From a virus (taxonomy: Duplodnaviria; Caudoviricetes), in IMG/VR virus record IMGVR_UViG_3300022309_000010, positions 1 through 46,112 of that record: a DNA stretch of 46,112 bases; one strand, written 5' to 3'. The position numbers were made by a program, and so were the translations under genes. The notes beneath the pieces were generated by a model. It did not search any database and was not told the origin of the DNA. It worked only from the letters and a program-made list of their open reading frames with translations. Shown piece by piece: positions 24,729 through 33,755 of this stretch (positions are counted from its first letter, which is position 1; every line of letters begins with the position of its first letter).

Positions 24729-25165
24729 CCTCTTTCGAGTTTTAGTTTTTCATACCATTCTAAGGGTGCTTTGCAATCCCTAACAAGCCAATAAGCTGCT
24801 GAGGAAGGATAACCTGTTTTAGCGTTTTCAATTACCTTCATAGCCCATTTTAAAGGTGCACCATATTTAGTAAGTTTATAAGCTTCCCAGGAAGGATTCC
24901 CTGTTTTAGCATTCTCAACTACTCTCATAGCCCATTCTAAAGGAGCAGCACCATATACCATAAGATAGTAAGCTGCTCCAGAAGGGGCTCCTGCGGTAGC
25001 CTCTTCAAAATATTTCATAGCAGGATTTAGAAGTTCCGGGAATTTTTTTGCAAAATCCCACCAACAATCTTTTTTCTTAACTTTAGAAACATCTCCACCA
25101 AGATATTTAACAAGTTGTTTTCCAAATTCTACGTCAAAATCATAAGGACAATCTGGCTTATTCAT
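24719..25165 (-). CDS. helical-repeat protein (three ~29-30-aa repeats)
   Basis: AM...E.A..G.PS..AY.L....APL.W x3; visibly AT-richer than its neighbours. Confidence 0.75.
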   Translation of the reverse strand: MNKPDCPYDFDVEFGKQLVKYLGGDVSKVKKKDCWWDFAKKFPELLNPAMKYFEEATAGAPSGAAYYLMVYGAAPLEWAMRVVENAKTGNPSWEAYKLTKYGAPLKWAMKVIENAKTGYPSSAAYWLVRDCKAPLEWYEKLKLERGWK

Positions 25166-25175
25166 TTCCGTGCTC

Positions 25176-25427
25176 CTAAATTTCCATCGACTTGAGTACA
25201 GTTCTTAGGGCATAGCGCGCCCAAGCTTTGCCTTTACTAGATTCCTCGACCAGGTTTAACACCGCGTCGAAAATGCCTTCAACGGGCGCTGGCCATCGTC
25301 CGCTAATTTCCCACCTATGCCAAGTTTGATACGGCGCTTTTTCGTTGCGCGTGAATATTTTTCCCGCTTCTGTTTCTGTCAGCTCAAGAGCCGCCCGCAC
25401 TTGTTGCGCTTTATTTTGATTTGCCAT
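25176..25427 (-). CDS. XRE-like HTH regulator
   Basis: QVRAALELTETEAGKIF...YQTWHRWE.SGRWP. Confidence 0.65.
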   Translation of the reverse strand: MANQNKAQQVRAALELTETEAGKIFTRNEKAPYQTWHRWEISGRWPAPVEGIFDAVLNLVEESSKGKAWARYALRTVLKSMEI

Positions 25428-25605
25428 TATCGTCACCTTTGCTTTTTATTTTGCTGTTACATTCGTCGGCAGATAAATGCCGAAACGATTCAACGTGCGG
25501 CGTATTGAGCCAACCCGAATCGCGCTGGATGTAGCGCTCGCAATCGAATCGGATCGAACATGCATGATCGTGGCATCGTGATATGTCGTTTAATAGTCTA
25601 GTCAT
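25411..25605 (-). CDS. small Cys-rich protein
   Basis: DISRC....C..R..CERY. Confidence 0.6.
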   Translation of the reverse strand: MTRLLNDISRCHDHACSIRFDCERYIQRDSGWLNTPHVESFRHLSADECNSKIKSKGDDNGKSK

Positions 25606-25786
25606 CGATTTTTACCGCGCAGCGAAAGCGAACGTCGCAAACTTCCGCCACGGCCTTGCCTGATTCTGCCAGCGCATCAAACCAACAATTGTTCGGCTCG
25701 ATTGCAGATTTATCTACGCCGATTTTTTTAGCGACAAATTCGGATAGTGCGCGAATTATTTCAGATTCACTCAATTTAATTTCCAT
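25598..25786 (-). CDS. hypothetical protein
   Basis: MEIKLSESEI; AGGGG RBS. Confidence 0.6.
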   Translation of the reverse strand: MEIKLSESEIIRALSEFVAKKIGVDKSAIEPNNCWFDALAESGKAVAEVCDVRFRCAVKIDD

Positions 25787-25787
25787 T

Positions 25788-26201
25788 TTAATTCCCCTTT
25801 TTGTCAATTTTAGCAATGCACGGCTTTTGCCAATCAATTTGCGAGTCGAGCAACTTGCAGAAGTGGTACATCTTCAAAGCTGTGTCGTCAGGGCTTGCGT
25901 TTTCAATTTGCAGCAACCTATCTTTCATATTCATTACATAATCATGCGCTTCAAAGATGAAATTTTCGCGAATAACGGACGTTAGTTCATAATCGCGCTC
26001 GATGTCCACCGGCCAAGAATCTGGCTGCCTATATCCGTCACCGTGAATTTCAGACATTACAAAATGCTGAATTTCGTCGAAGCACTGGCCGACAAAAGTT
26101 AAATTTTCAAAATCGGAATCCCAGCAATTCAAGCCGCATCGAGTTTTTACAACGTGCATATATGCGTCGCATCGTTGCGTCATTAGTTCTTTTGCGTCCA
26201 T
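25788..26201 (-). CDS. hypothetical protein
   Basis: operon packing. Confidence 0.7.
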   Translation of the reverse strand: MDAKELMTQRCDAYMHVVKTRCGLNCWDSDFENLTFVGQCFDEIQHFVMSEIHGDGYRQPDSWPVDIERDYELTSVIRENFIFEAHDYVMNMKDRLLQIENASPDDTALKMYHFCKLLDSQIDWQKPCIAKIDKKGN

Positions 26202-26204
26202 CGC

Positions 26205-26468
26205 TCAATCCTCAATTTCAACAACGTCAAAAGATATTCCATCATCGCTGATTCTGCAAAGTTCAGTATGTCCGGAAATTGAGTAATGACAAGATATTTC
26301 AAAACATGCAGAATTTCCTTCATCAATACTTTTTTCCACTTCGGCGGCCCATGCCCGGATCATGCTGTCGGTGAAATGGTCGCCACCAAGCTTGTGCTTG
26401 TCGGCCAAATGTTGCTTAATTTCAGCAAGCCCGATTGCGTTGACGTAATAAACGTTACATTTAGTCAT
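26205..26468 (-). CDS. hypothetical protein
   Basis: AGGGG RBS after a repeated hairpin. Confidence 0.75.
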   Translation of the reverse strand: MTKCNVYYVNAIGLAEIKQHLADKHKLGGDHFTDSMIRAWAAEVEKSIDEGNSACFEISCHYSISGHTELCRISDDGISFDVVEIED

Positions 26469-26483
26469 TTTGATTCCCCTTTG

Positions 26484-26514
26484 TTAGTTTGCCCGACCGT
26501 AGCCGGGCTTGGTG
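26484..26514 (-). repeat. 31-bp intergenic hairpin repeat, copy 1 (UACG loop)
   Basis: - strand CACCAA GCCCGGC TACG GTCGGGC AAACTAA. Confidence 0.85.
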
Positions 26515-26523
26515 GTTGCTCAA

Positions 26524-26718
26524 TTAATCGCTGTATCCATACTTTGCGAGTTTGCAGCGTATATGATCATTAAACCCGCCCCAAACCAGTGGGTTACATC
26601 CTCGCTTCGCCATATCATCTATTACAGCGCGATAAACATCTGCGTGACTATAGCTGTACGGCGACATTTTTGCGGATATGCGTTTAAAAGAATTATCGGT
26701 TCTGATTCTGTAGTTCAT
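26524..26718 (-). CDS. hypothetical protein
   Basis: GAGGA RBS after a repeated hairpin. Confidence 0.7.
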   Translation of the reverse strand: MNYRIRTDNSFKRISAKMSPYSYSHADVYRAVIDDMAKRGCNPLVWGGFNDHIRCKLAKYGYSD

Positions 26719-26731
26719 TTTTCTGATCCTC

Positions 26732-26762
26732 TTAGTTTGCCCGGCTTGCGCCGGGCTTGGTG
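26732..26762 (-). repeat. 31-bp intergenic hairpin repeat, copy 2 (GCAA loop)
   Basis: - strand CACCAA GCCCGGC GCAA GCCGGGC AAACTAA. Confidence 0.85.
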
Positions 26763-26763
26763 A

Positions 26764-27051
26764 TTACTCGATTGTTATGCCGCTAAATGCGCGGTCCCAG
26801 TCAGCCGCCGCGCCATCGCCGTCAGCGCCAAATATTGCGGCATCGTCATCGGCGTTAGTGTAGTACCATACTGTAATGATAGAGTCGTTGACTGTCACTG
26901 ATCGACACCACTCTGTGTATGTATCCCCCTGCATTGATCCGTTGTAGCCCACTGCGCAGGTAGGTTCCACGCCACGATTAAGCAGGTCGTCAATTACCTG
27001 TACACCAACGATGGCCTTAGCTTCCTCGACTGACAAATTTCCCTTAAACAT
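26764..27051 (-). CDS. hypothetical acidic protein
   Basis: AGGGG RBS; first gene after a promoter. Confidence 0.75.
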   Translation of the reverse strand: MFKGNLSVEEAKAIVGVQVIDDLLNRGVEPTCAVGYNGSMQGDTYTEWCRSVTVNDSIITVWYYTNADDDAAIFGADGDGAAADWDRAFSGITIE

Positions 27052-27101
27052 GATTATTCCCCTTTTTCGTTACCAGCCAAGCCCGCCTTGACTGTGACTA
27101 A

Positions 27102-27130
27102 AGTATATTACACTGTGTATCGTATTGCAA
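27102..27130 (-). promoter_or_regulatory. sigma70 promoter with a palindromic operator in the spacer
   Basis: TTGCAA-17-TATACT; TTACACTGTGTAT at 27108-27120. Confidence 0.7.
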
Positions 27131-27155
27131 GATAGTTTCTTAAATATTTTTTGAG

Positions 27156-27431
27156 CTACTCGCCCATTGTCATGTGCTTGACTTGTGCGGTGTACGAGTC
27201 GTCCATCATATCGCCTTGTGTTTTTTCGAAGACCTCATCAACTTGGATATTGCGATAGCTCAGCGCGTCGCCACGACCTGCGGCCTTTGTTGCGGCCTTG
27301 ATTTTGGCAAATGCGGCATCTGTCATGCGGTAATATTTGCTTGATACATCAACAGCCTCAATTTCGCCATTTGGGCGGCGGATAACCACTTCCACGCCTA
27401 TCGTTTTTTTGTAAGTCACTTTGTTGTCCAT
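27156..27431 (-). CDS. hypothetical protein
   Basis: MDNKVTYKK; AGGA RBS. Confidence 0.7.
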   Translation of the reverse strand: MDNKVTYKKTIGVEVVIRRPNGEIEAVDVSSKYYRMTDAAFAKIKAATKAAGRGDALSYRNIQVDEVFEKTQGDMMDDSYTAQVKHMTMGE

Positions 27432-27463
27432 TTTCCTGCCCTTGTTTGCTTGCCCATGGATTA

Positions 27464-27493
27464 ATCTTATTACACAGTGTAACGTCCCGTCAA
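27464..27493 (-). promoter_or_regulatory. sigma70 promoter with a palindromic operator in the spacer
   Basis: TTGACG-18-TAAGAT; TTACACAGTGTAA at 27470-27482. Confidence 0.65.
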
Positions 27494-27603
27494 GCCCCGC
27501 CTTTAACTTTTTTGTGATATTTCTTTTTTTTTGGCTATCTTTTATAAAAAAACGCAACTAAACTCTGGCACTATATACCCTAAATCATATAAGGGGGCGA
27601 AAA

Positions 27604-27741
27604 ATGCCAACGATTCAGGTACTTATCGAACCGGCGGAGGGCGAGAAAATAACGCAGGCCGAAATTGACGACCTGACCACACTTGTGGATTGGGCCATTA
27701 TCGATGCATTATTTCCCGAAATATCGGAGACAATCCATTGA
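27604..27741 (+). CDS. 45-aa acidic protein, first late gene (not in the ORF track)
   Basis: AAGGGGG RBS; MPTIQVLIEP...ETIH*. Confidence 0.5.
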   Translation: MPTIQVLIEPAEGEKITQAEIDDLTTLVDWAIIDALFPEISETIH

Positions 27742-28082
27742 TTTCAAAGCACATTATTAAAAAAGAGGTCGAAAAACCGGCGGGGGCATCATATCTAATA
27801 TCTATAGATATGCGCGGGCACCTGGACGCGGGGGAAACGATCACTAGCATCACGACAACGACGTCGGACGCGGGCATAACGATTAGCAACGTAGTCGCAT
27901 CGACAGCAGCGCGCACGATTGACGATGACTTGGTGCCGATCGGTCAGGCCATCCAAGCCCTAGCTGTCGGCGGCACAGCAGGCACTGCATATAATGTATT
28001 GATCAAATACACCACGTCTTCAACCCCGGCCCAGGTTCGGCTGGTTGGTTTCAAGATTAAAGTTGTCGCTGACGCAGCATGA
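27738..28082 (+). CDS. small Ig-like virion-associated protein
   Basis: TTG start after GGAG; K.....Y.ID....L..GETITS...GGTAGTAY.V pattern. Confidence 0.6.
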   Translation: MISKHIIKKEVEKPAGASYLISIDMRGHLDAGETITSITTTTSDAGITISNVVASTAARTIDDDLVPIGQAIQALAVGGTAGTAYNVLIKYTTSSTPAQVRLVGFKIKVVADAA

Positions 28083-28675
28083 TCGAAAGAAAAGAGTTCC
28101 TTCTAAAAAAATTAAGCCCTGAACACGCAGAGACATTTTCGCGTCTTGATGTAGATACTCAATTTTTTGTCACAGCGGTGGTTGAAGGTGAAAAGCCATG
28201 GTCCGCATACATTGAATTCATCAATGGACGAAAAACAAAAGCGTCGGCGGAAAAATTAGCGGCGGAAATACTTTCAGATAAAGCGATTAATGCGCTTGTC
28301 GAATCCGTTACGAGCGCCGAAGACGACGGCGACATCATGACAAGAAAAGAAGCGCTGCGAAGGCTAACGAGATTTGGTCGCGCTTCAATTTCTAAAATTG
28401 CTGAACTAACTAACGTTGAAATGGTGGACGCTAACGGGTTGTCGTTCAATTCGCTTAACGTATCTTTGAAAGATTCTACGAACTTAACGGACGATGACAT
28501 CTCAATCATTTCAGAAATAACAGCCAAAAACGGCGCGTTTAAAGTCAAAATTCATTCGCCGTTATCTGCCATTGAACAGATACGGAAGATGGAAGGCTGG
28601 GATAACGATAAGCCAATGCTAAATGATGACGTTGCCCGTATGCTAGGATTGCTAATCAGTTCGCGGCCATCATGA
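28079..28675 (+). CDS. terS: terminase small subunit
   Basis: directly before terL; IMTRKEAL.RLT...R and K.KIHSPL.A..Q..KM.GW. Confidence 0.8.
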   Translation: MIERKEFLLKKLSPEHAETFSRLDVDTQFFVTAVVEGEKPWSAYIEFINGRKTKASAEKLAAEILSDKAINALVESVTSAEDDGDIMTRKEALRRLTRFGRASISKIAELTNVEMVDANGLSFNSLNVSLKDSTNLTDDDISIISEITAKNGAFKVKIHSPLSAIEQIRKMEGWDNDKPMLNDDVARMLGLLISSRPS

Positions 28676-31080
28676 CCAATAGCGCAACAGCAAACAGAAT
28701 AAAAAAACAAGTGGATAGGTGGTATCCGCTGAAAGATGTTGCTGAGCAAATTCGCTTGGTGAAAGCCGCGAATGAAGGGCTTAGGTTTCCTGTTATCCCG
28801 GCGGGTCGCCGATGCTTGGAAGAAGGAACGCTTGTGGCCACGCCTAGCGGCCCTGTGGCCATCCAAAATCTAAAGGTGGGCGATTATGTAATCGGATATG
28901 ATAACGGCGCTCACGTCACTACAGTGACTGACATTTGGGATAATGGCGAGCAAGAAGTTATTGCGCTCAAAAGCAGAAACACTGAATTTTTAGCAGCAAC
29001 AAAAACACACAAGCTATGGGCCACTAACGAATCGATGCTTGATAAACGCAGGCCGCATATCGCTGAAAAATACAGCAGGGTTGAGGTAGGTAATCTAACA
29101 AAACGCAGCAGGGTTAAAAAGCAATATTGCCACGACCTGATAAACGGCGGCGAGAAAAATGTAAAATATACTTATGTTCTCGGCGCCATGTCAGGCAATG
29201 GTTGCTGTAGAGAGAGCGGCGGCGGTTCTGGGGTGCACCAAAAAAACCTGTATATTTCATCGCCAGATGACAGCGTGCCGAAAAAAATAGCGACCATGTT
29301 AGAGTGCGAATTTAAGAGCAACCACGAAGAAAACTACACATATGCTATTTGCTTGGGAAATGGTGCGGTTGAGAAAGTGCCGTTTTATAAAGCATGGATG
29401 CACAATCGATACAGTCACGAAAAAATATCGCCGTGGCCAGAGGTTGATCTTTGGGATAAAGAATCCGCTTTGTCTTTTCTTGCGGGTGTTCTTGATACCG
29501 ATGGCAGCGTTTATTTTAAGTCGGAATCAAGGAAAGAAATTGTTGTCGCTATATCAATGCAAGCTCTTGACGTTATAAAGACGTGCCAGAAGATAATATT
29601 CAAATACATGCAGGAGCTTTTTACAATACACGAAGATTCCCGAGAAAAATATAAGAATGGGAGCGTGCATTGTTTGCGGTCAGGATCGAACGGGCAAGCC
29701 TTGCATCTTATCGACTGCCTGAAAGAGTACTCTTTGCGGTGCCAGAATATAAATATTGATGACGTGTCTTGTAGAGGATCAGGCCATAATCGAATTGGAT
29801 TGGCAAAGTCATCGACGAGAATAGCGACGACTTACGATATAACGGTTGGCAATTCTACCAATCTGTATATCTTGCATCATGGCGGAATCGTTACATCTAA
29901 CTCGGGCAAAAGCGAACGAGCAAAGCGCCATATAGTTAAATCTGCGTTTAAAATTCCCGGCATGTACTTCGCCGCAGCTCCTACGCACGACCAAGCGAAA
30001 AAAATATTCTGGAACGATCTAAAAGATTTGGCAATATCAGCGGCACTTCCAAAGCCGCCATCGGAAAGTAACAGAATTATATTTTTACCTAACGGTTCTG
30101 AGATACACGTCATGGGCATGGATAAGCCGGAACGCATTGAAGGCATACCGTGGAAAGGCGGAATACTGGATGAGGTTGCGAATATAAAAGAGCACGCAAT
30201 CAATGAAAACATAATGCCCGCGCTTAACACCAAGACGCCAAACGACCCAAACTATAAAGCATGGTGCTGGTTCTTAGGTGTTCCAGAAGGTTTGAATCAC
30301 TACTATGACATGGCCATGCGCGCAAAGAGTGGCGTCGATCCTGACATGGGCTACTTCCATTGGTTAAGTTCAGAAGTTCTTGATGCGGACGTTTTGGAAA
30401 AAGAAAAAGCACGATTAAGCCCTAGGCAATATCGCCAAGAATATGAAGCAAGTTTTGAAACGGCATCGGGCCGAATATACGAAGATTACTGCGAAAAGAA
30501 TCACACTAGGCGAACAATCCAACCGCATGAACGTCTGATGTGGTGCCACGACCAGAACTTCACGCCGCTATCGTCTGCAATAGCAGTGAGAGAAGGCAAT
30601 CAGATTTTCTTGCTTGATGAAATTGTTTTAGAATCGGCGGTATCAAAACAATCGGCGATTGAGTTTGTCGATAAGTTCAGAAACCACCAAAATAAACACG
30701 TCCTGATTTATGGCGACCCATCTGGCAGAAACGGCGAGAAGCACGCGCACGAATCTGACTACGAAGAAATAGAAAAGGTTTTACGAAACAACAAATGGAC
30801 GTATGAGCGGCGTGTTGACACGTCACACCCTAGCATCAAAGATCGACAAAACGCAGTTCGTGCTAAAATATGTAATGCGTTAGGCAACCGAACTTTATTT
30901 GTAAATCCAGCAACGGCGAAATGGTGTGACAAAGGATTGTCTACAGTTCAGTTGCAAAAAGGATCTTCGTTTCAAGAAGATCAAACGAATCCGTATCAAC
31001 ATATAACCACGGCTATTGGATATATGACTAGTCGAGAATTCCCGATTCAGTCGGGCACTACAACCGTAGGAAGAATTTGA
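28672..31080 (+). CDS. terL: terminase large subunit with an intein
   Basis: Walker A AGRR/SGKS, APTHDQAK, Walker B ILDE, QEYEASF, nuclease domain (HDQN, YGDPSG). Confidence 0.95.
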   Translation: MTNSATANRIKKQVDRWYPLKDVAEQIRLVKAANEGLRFPVIPAGRRCLEEGTLVATPSGPVAIQNLKVGDYVIGYDNGAHVTTVTDIWDNGEQEVIALKSRNTEFLAATKTHKLWATNESMLDKRRPHIAEKYSRVEVGNLTKRSRVKKQYCHDLINGGEKNVKYTYVLGAMSGNGCCRESGGGSGVHQKNLYISSPDDSVPKKIATMLECEFKSNHEENYTYAICLGNGAVEKVPFYKAWMHNRYSHEKISPWPEVDLWDKESALSFLAGVLDTDGSVYFKSESRKEIVVAISMQALDVIKTCQKIIFKYMQELFTIHEDSREKYKNGSVHCLRSGSNGQALHLIDCLKEYSLRCQNINIDDVSCRGSGHNRIGLAKSSTRIATTYDITVGNSTNLYILHHGGIVTSNSGKSERAKRHIVKSAFKIPGMYFAAAPTHDQAKKIFWNDLKDLAISAALPKPPSESNRIIFLPNGSEIHVMGMDKPERIEGIPWKGGILDEVANIKEHAINENIMPALNTKTPNDPNYKAWCWFLGVPEGLNHYYDMAMRAKSGVDPDMGYFHWLSSEVLDADVLEKEKARLSPRQYRQEYEASFETASGRIYEDYCEKNHTRRTIQPHERLMWCHDQNFTPLSSAIAVREGNQIFLLDEIVLESAVSKQSAIEFVDKFRNHQNKHVLIYGDPSGRNGEKHAHESDYEEIEKVLRNNKWTYERRVDTSHPSIKDRQNAVRAKICNALGNRTLFVNPATAKWCDKGLSTVQLQKGSSFQEDQTNPYQHITTAIGYMTSREFPIQSGTTTVGRI
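28813..29901 (+). mobile_element. 363-aa intein with LAGLIDADG homing endonuclease
   Basis: starts CLEEGTLV, block B AT.THKLW, ends TYDITV...GIVTSN followed by Ser; YVLGAMSGNG and FLAGVLDTDG. Confidence 0.93.
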
Positions 31081-31082
31081 AA

Positions 31083-32466
31083 ATGAGCGAAAATGTATTT
31101 AGTAAAAGCGACTGGGCTAGCGAATACGAATCAGAGCTAAAACTTGTCGACGCGCTATGGGGTGGCACCAAGGCCATGCGCGAGAATTTAGAGTATTTGC
31201 CAACGAATACGAAAGAACATAAAGACGACTACGCCAATCGAGTATCAAAAACTTTCCTTACCAATTTTTTCAAAAAAACAATCTACGGCCATGCCGGTAG
31301 AATTTTTGAAGATGAAGTTATCGTCAAAGACGATGCGAAGATGGAAGAGTTCGCGCAAAATGTAGACTACGAAGGTCGCGACATTCATCGGTTTGCGTAC
31401 AGCCTAGCAACAAAGACCATGAGACGGTATTAGGTTTATTTTGATTGACGCGCCAAAAGCTGAAGGTGTTAAAACCCGTGCGGATGAAATAGCGCAAGGC
31501 ATACGCCCGTACTGGATTGAAATAGACCGCAGGCAGGTTTTAGGATTTAAATCGAAAGGAAATGTTTTAACGCTGGTTCGCATTTTGGAATCAGTGGAAG
31601 AAGATGCGGACGAATTTACAACGAAGATCATTGAGCAAGTCCGAGTGCTAGAGCCGTACCGAGTTCGCATTTATCGCAAAAATGAAAAGAACGAAGTATT
31701 TTTGTATGATGAATTTGAAACGACAATGCCAGACATTGGGCTGATTCCAGTGTACGCGATGCAAGATTCGTTTATGCAATCCGAGCCGCCTCTGATGGAC
31801 ATTGCTTACCTAAACATTGAGCACTGGCAAAAATCTTCTGACCAGTCCAATATTTTGCACTATGCACGCGTTCCGATAATGCACTATGCCGGGTATGACG
31901 CGAGCCTTAACGACGATGGAACGGAAAAAGAATTTGTTATCGGCGCAGGGAGCATGGTTAAAAACCGCAACCCTTCCGCAAAGCTTGAGTATGTTGAACA
32001 TAGCGGAGCGGCGATTGGCGCTGGACGGCAAGATTTAGTTGACATCGAGGACCGCGCTCACGCATTGGGCGCTGATTTTGCGGTAAACAAAACGGGCGAC
32101 ATTAAGGCTACGGTGCGAGTATTAAACGAAGCAGGCGCAAATAGCAAGCTGTGCGCGTTTGCGATTAATCTACAGGACTCATTAGAGCTTGCGCTTGAGT
32201 ATACCGCCAGATTATTTGGCGGAGAATTTAGCGGTAGCGTTTACGTTAATCGCGATTTTGGCATCAGTGAAAATCAGTTAACAGTTGAAACTCTGTTAAA
32301 GATGCGCGTAAGCCAAGAGATTGATCGCGAAACTTTCTGGAATTTGTTTAACGAGATAACAGGAAAAGAAATAAGTGGTAGCGAAGTCGGCGAGCGGCTG
32401 GAAGATGAAGGGTTAGGTTTCACGCTGCCAGAAATGCAGGAAGAAAATGCCGACATCAACGGATAG
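31083..32466 (+). CDS. portal protein (DUF4055-like), split by a frameshift at about 31422-31430
   Basis: ORFs 31077..31433 (L.GGTKAMR..EYLP...E...Y..R) and 31441..32466 (IDAP..RPYW..PPL.DIA.LN..HWQ.SSDQ.NILH.ARVP) are two halves of one protein. Confidence 0.88.
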
Positions 32467-33538
32467 AATCGCCGATGCGATGATCAGGCATCAAGTATAC
32501 TTGCTGCGTTATCACCGCAGCGTATACACGCAGCACGCCAAACTAATAGACCTGGCGCTTGCTGACTTGCTAATGCAGGCAGATAAATTAAAAACGCCAG
32601 CAGGATCGTTTACAGAGGTCCGATTAAAGGCGATGATCGACAATATAAAAAGCTGGAGCGACGGTTTTTATAAAGAAATAACCGATGTTACAGCGTCGGA
32701 AATGAAAACGCTAGCGGCGTTTGAATCTAGCTTTGCTGCTAATGCAATCGCTTCAGGATTCCCGATTGTGATGGACGTTGCAAAAGTAGCTCCCGCCAAA
32801 ATTCACGCGTCGGCAATGGCTAGGCCGTTTCAAGGTCGGTTGTTAAAAGATTGGTTTGCCGGTCAGAATTTCTCAATTCAAGAACGATTCAAAGCAGAGA
32901 TCAAGCTTGGATATGTCCAAGGTGAAACGCTACAGCAAATAAAATCTCGACTGAAAGGCGTTGGCAATCTGCAAAAGAATCATCTTGAGGCAGTTGTAAG
33001 GACGGCGTTAAAGCATACCAGCGCCGTGGCCATGGAAGAAACGGCCATGGCTAATGCGGACATCTTGGACGGCGAGATATGGGTATCTACGCTAGACGGC
33101 AGAACATCTTTAATCTGCCAAGGTCTGGACGGACAAGAATTTGAATTGGGCAAAGGCCCAAGGCCTCCGGCGCACATTTCTTGTCGAAGTGTTCGCGTGC
33201 CGAAAACCAAATCCTGGAAAGATCTAGGCTTTGATGATTTGGAAGATGACGATTTACTATCAAGCCGCCCGTATGTGAGAGACAAGCGAAAAGTGAAAGA
33301 CATTCCGAAAGACGAAAGAGATAATCTAATCGGAATCACTAAGTCAAGAACCTACAACGAATGGCTAAAGGCGCAACCAAGAGAATTTGTTAATGATACA
33401 CTGGGACCAACACGCGCTAAATTATATCTTGATGGTAATTTATCATTGGATAAATTCACGGACCGCAAAGGCACCAAGCTGACCTTGGCGGAACTTGAAA
33501 AGAAACATTCAGCGGCGTTTGAAAGGGCTGGTCTTTAA
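32447..33538 (+). CDS. head morphogenesis/minor capsid protein (SPP1 gp7, Mu F-like)
   Basis: VRTA, STLDGRTS.IC..LDG, PPAH..CRS. Confidence 0.9.
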   Translation: MPTSTDRIADAMIRHQVYLLRYHRSVYTQHAKLIDLALADLLMQADKLKTPAGSFTEVRLKAMIDNIKSWSDGFYKEITDVTASEMKTLAAFESSFAANAIASGFPIVMDVAKVAPAKIHASAMARPFQGRLLKDWFAGQNFSIQERFKAEIKLGYVQGETLQQIKSRLKGVGNLQKNHLEAVVRTALKHTSAVAMEETAMANADILDGEIWVSTLDGRTSLICQGLDGQEFELGKGPRPPAHISCRSVRVPKTKSWKDLGFDDLEDDDLLSSRPYVRDKRKVKDIPKDERDNLIGITKSRTYNEWLKAQPREFVNDTLGPTRAKLYLDGNLSLDKFTDRKGTKLTLAELEKKHSAAFERAGL

Positions 33539-33553
33539 TGAGGCAAGGAATTA

Positions 33554-33751
33554 ATGCTGCAACTAGTGAAAGGCGGCGGAAAGAAAACGGACGGCGAAAT
33601 AGTTCTATGTCCGCAATGTGGCTGCGCATCATGGGTGAGTGTAACGCACTCAGTGAGGCGCAAAAGAGGCAAGATAGACCGAGGTGTAAAAGCCTTGGCA
33701 TGTCTTGTGTGTTTGAGTAAAGGTAATGTTACGCATATAACCGGAGGATGA
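33554..33751 (+). CDS. small zinc-finger protein
   Basis: CPQC...CLVC; AAGGA RBS. Confidence 0.6.
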   Translation: MLQLVKGGGKKTDGEIVLCPQCGCASWVSVTHSVRRKRGKIDRGVKALACLVCLSKGNVTHITGG

Positions 33752-33755
33752 TTTT

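Noticed and set aside
31431-31433. TAG in the portal gene as evidence of stop-codon reassignment
   Set aside because: Read-through hits TGA four codons later, the downstream half is in another frame, and other genes end normally at TAG.
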